A DNA stretch of 5,702 nt from a virus, in IMG/VR virus record IMGVR_UViG_3300045988_001496; one strand, written 5' to 3'. The translations under genes and the position numbers were made by a program. Below, in pieces: positions 1 to 4,282 of the stretch (its first letter is position 1; each line of letters starts with the position of its first letter). The notes under the pieces are model-generated. The model was not told where the DNA came from, searched no databases, and worked only from the letters and a program-made list of their open reading frames with translations.

Positions 1-55
1 GAGGCGGCTCACGGTACAGAGAACAAGTACAGGCACTTTGGGATGTCATCATATC
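1..55. repeat. Terminal overlap, copy 1 (identical to 5648-5702); circular-assembly redundancy
   Basis: Base-by-base comparison shows gaggcggctcacggtacagagaacaagtacaggcactttgggatgtcatcatatc at both ends. Confidence 0.95.
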
Positions 56-695
56 GGATAAAACAGTGCAAGTGCCTGAATATCTGGGTGGTGGACGCTA
101 TCACGTAAACATTAACCAAATCGTGCAGACCAGTGGACAACAGACAAGCAATGACACGCCAATTGGTGAAACCGGTGCAATGTCCGTAACACCCATCAAT
201 GAAAGCTCTTTCACAAAGAGTTTTGAAGAGCACGGCTTTGTAATTGGTGTATGTTGTGTAAGACACAATAGAAGCTATCAACAGGGCCTTGAGCGTTTTT
301 GGAGCCGAAAGGACAGGCTAGATTACTACGTGCCGCAGTTCGCAAATCTGGGTGAACAGCCGGTAAAAAAGAAAGAAATCATGCTCACCGGCGATGCAAC
401 AGACGATGAAACGTTTGGCTATCAGGAAGCATGGGCAGACTACCGAATGAAGCCGAACCGTGTAAGCGGGTTAATGCGAAGCAACGCAACGACGACGCTC
501 GATTTCTGGCACTATGCAGATAATTACTCGAAGGTGCCCACACTGTCGCAGGAATGGATGTCAGAAGGAAAAGAAGAAATTGCAAGGACGTTAATTGTAG
601 AGGACGAACCGCAGTTCTTCGGAGCAATTCGCGTAGCAAACAGGACAACTCGCAGGATGCCGCTTTACAGCGTGCCCGGGCTGTACAAACTGTAA
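3..695 (+). CDS. VP1: Major capsid protein VP1, C-terminal part (same ORF as 4672..5702 through the circular junction)
   Basis: The frame (mod 3 = 0) is exactly what the 4672 frame predicts with a 5647-nt unit. It reads ...ARGGSRYREQVQALWDVIISDKTVQVPEYLGGGRYHVNINQIVQTS..., and PEYLGG is a classic capsid F motif. Stop TAA is at 693-695. The track ORF 66..695 is only the part after an internal Met. Confidence 0.95.
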   Translation, partial: GGSRYREQVQALWDVIISDKTVQVPEYLGGGRYHVNINQIVQTSGQQTSNDTPIGETGAMSVTPINESSFTKSFEEHGFVIGVCCVRHNRSYQQGLERFWSRKDRLDYYVPQFANLGEQPVKKKEIMLTGDATDDETFGYQEAWADYRMKPNRVSGLMRSNATTTLDFWHYADNYSKVPTLSQEWMSEGKEEIARTLIVEDEPQFFGAIRVANRTTRRMPLYSVPGLYKL

Positions 696-705
696 GAAAG
701 GAGAA

Positions 706-730
706 AGCCGGGAGAAATCCCGGCTATTTT
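706..730 (+). terminator. Intrinsic-terminator-like hairpin after VP1 (8-bp GC stem, GAAA loop, short T run)
   Basis: agccggga (706-713), gaaa (714-717) and tcccggct (718-725) form a perfect 8-bp stem, followed by ATTTT (726-730). It starts 11 nt after the VP1 stop. With only four Ts it is probably leaky. Confidence 0.6.
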
Positions 731-735
731 AAAAA

Positions 736-1629
736 ATGGCATTTTCACTTTTAGGAACACTAGGAACAATTGGAAATATCGCAGGAACAGTTGGAACAGT
801 AGCAAACGCAATAGGTACACTAGGAAATGCATTTGGTGCGTGGGGACAAGTAGGCCAAAGCCAAAGCCAAGGCGGAAGCACACAGCAAGGCGGCGGAAGC
901 AGTCAGAGCATGAGCAAATCCGGAACAAATGACGAACAAGTAATGCAATACCTGAAAGGCGCATACCAATATCAAAACGCAGAAGGGCAAAGGCAAAGTC
1001 AATTCAATCAAAGGTCAATGCTAGAACAGATGGGTTACAACACATTGGGAGCGATCGCGCAAGGCATATACAACCACATCGAGAACAGCGCAGCAATGAG
1101 CTTTAACTCAACGGAAGCAATGAAAAACAGAGAATGGCAAGAACACATGTCTAACACAGCCTATCAAAGAGCAGTTGCGGACATGAAAGAAGCTGGACTT
1201 AATCCAATATTGGCATTCCAGAACGGCGGCGCAAGCACGCCAGGTGGTAGCGCAGGAACAATTTCAGGTGCAAGCATGGGTGCGCCATCGTCAAGTGCGC
1301 TAGGAGTAAGCAGAGCAAGTGGCTTTGTACCCAACTCATACTCAAGTGAAAGTTGGTCACAAAGTGATTGGTACAACGCCGCGCAAAGCTGGAACCAGAT
1401 GCTTAGCAGTACAGGAATGACACCGTTAGGATTGCAGGAAACACTATCCAACATCGGCAAAAACACAGGAAACGCAATCGATAAAGCAATCGGAGCAGGC
1501 AGAAAAACAGGCGAAAAATTAAGAGGAAACATGAACAAAGCCATGGACAACGTAAGAAACGGACACGGAATCGACAACATCACAGGCAATAGAAATAGAG
1601 CCGGTGGTGGTGCAGGAAGGAGCAAATAA
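736..1629 (+). CDS. VP2: VP2 minor capsid / DNA pilot protein (phiX174 H analog)
   Basis: 297-aa ORF immediately after VP1. It contains [24 protein letters not shown] (about nt 1147-1221), which I recognise as the conserved gokushovirus VP2 core. It has a hydrophobic Gly-rich N-terminus and Q/S/G low-complexity segments. An in-frame TAA at 730-732 leaves ATG 736 as the only possible start. Confidence 0.85.
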   Translation: MAFSLLGTLGTIGNIAGTVGTVANAIGTLGNAFGAWGQVGQSQSQGGSTQQGGGSSQSMSKSGTNDEQVMQYLKGAYQYQNAEGQRQSQFNQRSMLEQMGYNTLGAIAQGIYNHIENSAAMSFNSTEAMKNREWQEHMSNTAYQRAVADMKEAGLNPILAFQNGGASTPGGSAGTISGASMGAPSSSALGVSRASGFVPNSYSSESWSQSDWYNAAQSWNQMLSSTGMTPLGLQETLSNIGKNTGNAIDKAIGAGRKTGEKLRGNMNKAMDNVRNGHGIDNITGNRNRAGGGAGRSK

Positions 1630-1632
1630 AAA

Positions 1633-2652
1633 ATGAGCTGCTATAAACCGTTAATCCGGATATACAGCCCAGAAAACAGAGAAATTAGCGGGCAGGTGTA
1701 TTCACTTGCCCGCTTTTCTGAAAAAGTGGGCAAAAAATTAAGATATGAAGATTTGTTGTATGAACCAAAGGTTATGCTAATTCCTTGTGGGCAATGCATA
1801 GGATGCAGAATTCAACAAAGAGAAGACTGGACAACAAGAATTGAACTAGAGGCGAGACAATGGCCAAAAGAGCAGGTATGGTTTATCACGCTAACATATG
1901 ATGATGAACACGTGCCGGGAATGATTCTTAAAACGGGCGAAATCATGAGAAAAGTACAATATGTATGGAAACCGGGGGAAAAATCACCGGAAAGTGTACA
2001 AACACTACTATACGCAGACGTACAAAAGTTCTTAAAAAGGGTCAGAAGAGCTTACAAATCAAGATTAAGATTCTTCTGTGCAGGAGAATACGGAGAACAA
2101 ACAGCAAGACCACATTACCACATGATACTATACGGATGGAAGCCAACAGACCTGAAACAACTGTACAAAATTCACCACAACGGGTACTATACAAGTGAAT
2201 GGCTAGAAAAACTGTGGGAAAACGGTCAAATCCAAATTGCACAAGCAGTACCAGAAACATATAGGTATGTTGCAGGATACGTAACAAAAAAGATGTACGA
2301 AATTGACGGCAAGAAAGCAAATGTTTACTATGAATTAGGACAGCAAAAGCCATTCGCGTGCATGTCGCTTAAACCGGGGCTGGGAGATGCCTACTATCAA
2401 GAGCACAAAGAAGAAATCTGGAAACAAGGCTACATTCAATGCACTAATGGAAAACAGGCGCAAATACCGCGATACTATGAAAAGATGATGGAAAAAGAAA
2501 ACCCTGAAAGGCTTTGGAGAATCAAACAGAACAGACAAAGAAAGGCAATCGAGCAAAAAAGGCTACAGCTAGAAGACAAAGACTACAAAACACAGTTAGA
2601 AACAAAGGAGCGTGTTATTAAAAAACAAACGAGAAAGCGTGGAATTCTATAA
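1633..2652 (+). CDS. VP4: VP4 replication initiation protein (HUH rolling-circle endonuclease, phiX174 A homolog)
   Basis: 339 aa. AAGGAG (1617-1622) lies 10 nt upstream of the ATG. Motifs: a CGQCIGCR cysteine cluster (aa 52-59), motif 1 WFITLTYDD (aa 83-91), the HUH motif PHYHMILYG (H161/H163, nt 2113-2121), and the two-tyrosine motif YVAGYVTKK (Y212 and Y216, nt 2266-2280). The last compares with YVAKYVNK in phiX174 protein A. Confidence 0.95.
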   Translation: MSCYKPLIRIYSPENREISGQVYSLARFSEKVGKKLRYEDLLYEPKVMLIPCGQCIGCRIQQREDWTTRIELEARQWPKEQVWFITLTYDDEHVPGMILKTGEIMRKVQYVWKPGEKSPESVQTLLYADVQKFLKRVRRAYKSRLRFFCAGEYGEQTARPHYHMILYGWKPTDLKQLYKIHHNGYYTSEWLEKLWENGQIQIAQAVPETYRYVAGYVTKKMYEIDGKKANVYYELGQQKPFACMSLKPGLGDAYYQEHKEEIWKQGYIQCTNGKQAQIPRYYEKMMEKENPERLWRIKQNRQRKAIEQKRLQLEDKDYKTQLETKERVIKKQTRKRGIL

Positions 2653-2664
2653 TTGGTGTCACCT

Positions 2665-2696
2665 AGTCCAGTACCTATCAAGTAGGGTACTGGACT
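2665..2696. other. Stem-loop 13 nt downstream of the Rep stop (11-bp perfect stem, or 13 bp with one bulge)
   Basis: agtccagtacc (2665-2675) pairs with ggtactggact (2686-2696), leaving loop tatcaagtag. Alternatively ta/ta extends the stem with G2687 bulged, leaving loop TCAAG (2678-2682). The following tatt is a poor T tract, so it is not a clean terminator. It is a candidate ori or terminator element. Confidence 0.6.
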
Positions 2697-2700
2697 TATT

Positions 2701-2746
2701 CGCGCGCACACGCGCACGCGTAGACGCGCGCACACGCGCACGCGTA
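2701..2746. repeat. Tandem direct repeat: 2 x 22 nt cgcgcgcacacgcgcacgcgta separated by ga
   Basis: Copies at 2701-2722 and 2725-2746 are identical. Each is a perfect alternating pyrimidine-purine run of 11 YR steps and is strongly GC-rich in an A-rich genome. It contains GCGCGC and ACGCGT palindromes. Confidence 0.9.
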
Positions 2747-2786
2747 TTTATAATATTAACTTGTTGTAGCCGTAGTAGTAGAGTAC

Positions 2787-2949
2787 GTGGAAAAGTTGAA
2801 AACAGATAATTTTAAACGTTAGAACGTTAGAAAACAATAAAAACAAACGTTGAAAGATTTGTTGAAAAAATGTTGAAACGTTGAATCACTCTGTTATGCT
2901 AAAGTTTAACAATGTTAAAATGTTGAAAAGTATGTGGAAACTGTTGAAA
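2787..2949 (+). repeat. Array of same-orientation GTTGAA(A) motifs (iteron-like)
   Basis: Exact GTTGAA starts at 2795, 2849, 2861, 2872, 2880, 2922 and 2943. One-mismatch variants are GTGGAAA at 2787 and 2934, GTTAGAA at 2818 and 2826, and GTTAAAA at 2914. Four copies carry the palindrome AACGTT (2815, 2823, 2846, 2877). The motifs fall in all three frames, and the upstream ones lie outside any ORF. Confidence 0.8.
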
Positions 2950-3162
2950 AGCGCCTGCCGCGGGCAACTGTGCAAAAAGGCAAAATTGCCTTCGGCAACC
3001 TTGCCAGTTTGCACAGTAAAAATTACAAATTATTACAAAGAAACAAAGCCATTGAAAAAAAACTTGACAAATGATATAAAGGAACCAGAAAGAAAGCTCA
3101 TGAATGATGATTATGCAACATTCAAAGGCTTATGGAAATACGCAAAGATAAAAGAGAATTGA
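2896..3162 (+). CDS. Doubtful small basic ORF overlapping the repeat array and the long hairpin
   Basis: The track ORF 2881..3162 starts at TTG, and the first ATG is at 2896. It is lysine-rich. Its MLK/LLK repeats are simply GTTGAAA copies read in frame. No Shine-Dalgarno sequence is present. It ends 5 nt before the alternative peptidase start at 3168. The DNA-level repeat explanation is more parsimonious. Confidence 0.2.
   Translation: MLKFNNVKMLKSMWKLLKSACRGQLCKKAKLPSATLPVCTVKITNYYKETKPLKKNLTNDIKEPERKLMNDDYATFKGLWKYAKIKEN
2967..3017. other. 51-nt compound hairpin (about 20 bp in three helical segments)
   Basis: 2967-2976 pairs with 3008-3017 (actgtgcaaa/tttgcacagt, 10 bp), 2979-2983 with 3001-3005 (ggcaa/ttgcc), and 2986-2990 with 2994-2998 (ttgcc/ggcaa), with loop TTC. 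An alternative fold has two small hairpins on the 10-bp outer stem. No T run follows on either strand, so it is not a terminator. Confidence 0.75.
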
Positions 3163-3557
3163 CAAAAATGATTAAAAGCTATATCATGGACACAGACGCA
3201 AACAAAAATGTAGGCAAACACTTCAAAGTAAAAGAATTTGCATGCAAAGATGGTTCACAGGTGGTATTCATCGACAGTAATCTAGTATCAATTCTGGACA
3301 TTCTCAGAAACCAAGTTGGAAAGCCAGTGCACATAAACAGTGGATACAGGACGCCAACAAGGAATAAAGCGGTAGGCGGTGCAAAATACTCGTACCATAT
3401 GCGGGGAATGGCCGCAGACATTCGGGTTGATGGCATGACAGCAAAAGAAATTGCCAACAAACTGAAAAAAATCATCCCATCTGGCTGTGGCATCATCGTA
3501 TACAATACATGGGTACACATCGACACACGCACCAAAGCATACAGAAAGGAGGTATAA
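3132..3557 (+). CDS. Zinc metallopeptidase of the LAS / Peptidase_M15 type (peptidoglycan peptidase, putative lysin)
   Basis: 141 aa with KEFACKDG, SGYRTPTRN (aa 70-78), GG (82-83) and S87-Y-H89-x6-D96 (nt 3396-3419), plus W-V-H129-I-D131 (nt 3516-3524). H-x6-D together with H-x-D is the Zn-ligand and catalytic layout of M15/LAS enzymes. There is no signal peptide or TM segment. The start is uncertain: ATG 3132 has AAAGG only 3 nt upstream, and the alternatives are ATG 3168 and 3186. Confidence 0.85.
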   Translation: MEIRKDKRELTKMIKSYIMDTDANKNVGKHFKVKEFACKDGSQVVFIDSNLVSILDILRNQVGKPVHINSGYRTPTRNKAVGGAKYSYHMRGMAADIRVDGMTAKEIANKLKKIIPSGCGIIVYNTWVHIDTRTKAYRKEV

Positions 3558-3561
3558 ACAA

Positions 3562-3687
3562 ATGGCTCTTATCAGTATCAAAGATGTCAAGGAAGCAATC
3601 AAAATTATGATGAACATTCTTGAAAAACTGGACGAGATTTATCATGCCCTGCACGACCAGACGAACCAGACGAACGAAAAGGAGTAA
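3562..3687 (+). CDS. Hypothetical 41-aa protein (MALISIKDVKEAIKIMMNILEKLDEIYHALHDQTNQTNEKE)
   Basis: ATG 3562 lies 9 nt after AAGGAGG (3546-3552) and 5 nt after the peptidase stop. The track's upstream Met at 3487 has no RBS and overlaps the peptidase. The product is predicted helical and amphipathic, with no family I recognise. Confidence 0.5.
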   Translation: MALISIKDVKEAIKIMMNILEKLDEIYHALHDQTNQTNEKE

Positions 3688-3693
3688 ACAAAA

Positions 3694-3921
3694 ATGATTG
3701 CAAAATCATGGAACATCAGAGACCAGACCGAGAAGGACTTAGCTGAACTGCTTGAAAAGAAATACAAAGAAATCGAGAACGATTATAAGCTCCTGCGAAA
3801 AATTAGCGAGATGGAAACCGCAAAAAAGATGGTAGATGAAATATGGCGATGCAAAAGCTTTGCTAAAGCCATCGAGCTAGAGCTTATCAGAAGAGGGTAC
3901 AATAATGGGACGACATCGTAA
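3694..3921 (+). CDS. Hypothetical 75-aa helical, charged protein
   Basis: ATG 3694 lies 9 nt after AAAGGAG (3678-3684) and 7 nt after the preceding stop. It has no TM segment and no motif I recognise. Confidence 0.6.
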   Translation: MIAKSWNIRDQTEKDLAELLEKKYKEIENDYKLLRKISEMETAKKMVDEIWRCKSFAKAIELELIRRGYNNGTTS

Positions 3922-4027
3922 AGTAATGCGCGGCGCAAAAGACAAGCACATGTTCAACGTAACCGCACGAAAAACGAAAAGTATCAACCTGAGTCAGAAG
4001 CCAATGCGCGGCGGAATTCGACTCTAA
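3905..4027 (+). CDS. VP8: VP8-like small basic DNA-binding/packaging protein (phiX174 J analog)
   Basis: Found by manual translation; it is absent from the track because it is short. Sequence: MGRHRKVMRGAKDKHMFNVTARKTKSINLSQKPMRGGIRL, 40 aa with 12 Arg/Lys. Its C-terminal MRGGIRL matches the MRGGIR(F/L) end I recall for gokushovirus ORF8 proteins. It overlaps the previous ORF by 17 nt. An internal ATG at 3926 is an alternative start. Confidence 0.7.
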   Translation: MGRHRKVMRGAKDKHMFNVTARKTKSINLSQKPMRGGIRL

Positions 4028-4042
4028 AAGAAAGGAAAAAAT

Positions 4043-4282
4043 ATGCTTCACACTTACTATGGTATCTACGACAACGTAGCAAAGTGCTACGCATGGGTAG
4101 GCGAAAGCAAAAGCAACAACACGTTTGCACGAATGTGCAACACAATGCAGAAAGATGAAAATACGTTTATCGGGCAAACCCCGGCCGATTACGTAGGCTA
4201 TAAGCTGGCAGAGTTTGAAGATGAAAGCGGTGCTTTTCAGAACTGCAAAGAAAAGGCATGGGAGGGCAAACCGAATGAATAA
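4043..4282 (+). CDS. VP5: VP5-like non-structural protein (putative phiX174 C analog)
   Basis: 79 aa, with AAAGG upstream of the ATG. The pattern Y-G-I-Y-D-N-V-A-K-C-Y...F-A-R-M...P-A-D-Y-V-G-Y-K-L-A-E-F-E-D-E-S-G-A-F resembles the remembered VP5 layout (V-F-D...A-x-R-x-F...P-x-D-Y-x-L-x-x-x-G-x-F-D-x-x-x-G). Its position just upstream of VP3 fits. The functional call is from memory only. Confidence 0.6.
   Translation: MLHTYYGIYDNVAKCYAWVGESKSNNTFARMCNTMQKDENTFIGQTPADYVGYKLAEFEDESGAFQNCKEKAWEGKPNE

Noticed and set aside
1-55. A biological direct terminal repeat, implying a linear genome.
   Set aside because: The repeat sits in the middle of the capsid ORF, and joining the ends restores a full-length, motif-complete VP1. 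This is the signature of a linearised circular assembly.
1965-2198. 77-aa basic ORF embedded out of frame in VP4, and a similar 66-aa ORF at 554..754 across the VP1 stop. Both could be phiX174-style overlapping genes.
   Set aside because: Lys/Arg-rich alternative frames are expected from A/G-rich sequence. There is no Shine-Dalgarno sequence, no hydrophobic or otherwise recognisable domain, and 554..754 runs through the terminator hairpin. This cannot be excluded without conservation analysis.
2701-2746. Possible CRISPR or mini-array.
   Set aside because: There are only two copies separated by 2 nt, so there are no spacers, and no cas context is possible in a 5.6-kb phage.
2734-2761. XerCD/dif-like attachment site at the junction of the GC repeat and the AT-rich box. 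Some gokushoviruses are reported to integrate at dif.
   Set aside because: Against the E. coli dif sequence as I recall it (GGTGCGCATAA-TGTATA-TTATGTTAAAT), only the putative XerD arm taatattaact gives about 8/11. The GCGCA of the XerC arm is out of register by several nt. The idea is worth testing against the real host dif site but is not supported by sequence alone.
2612-2809. 65-aa + strand ORF spanning the end of VP4, the hairpin and the GC-rich repeats.
   Set aside because: It starts inside VP4 in another frame without an RBS. Its ARTRARV-D-ARTRARV segment is just the 22-nt DNA repeat read through, so it is better explained as non-coding structure.
2951-3020. Possible tRNA or other small RNA gene in the structured region.
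   Set aside because: The fold is a single long interrupted hairpin. It has no acceptor, D, anticodon or T-arm geometry and no conserved tRNA boxes.
3159-3187. Near-consensus sigma-70 promoter TTGACA-N17-TATCAT.
   Set aside because: It lies inside the 5' end of the peptidase ORF, and a transcript starting there would have no usable peptidase start codon. It may be chance or an internal promoter for downstream genes. Other candidates are weaker, such as TTGCAC-N16-TATTAC at 3009-3036 and the isolated TATAAT at 2749-2754 with no -35. No promoter is called.
4215-4274. Upstream Met (4215) as the VP3 start, and upstream Met (3487) as the start of the 41-aa ORF.
   Set aside because: Neither has an RBS, and both would overlap the preceding gene extensively. 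Downstream ATGs at 4275 and 3562 have strong, correctly spaced SD sequences.
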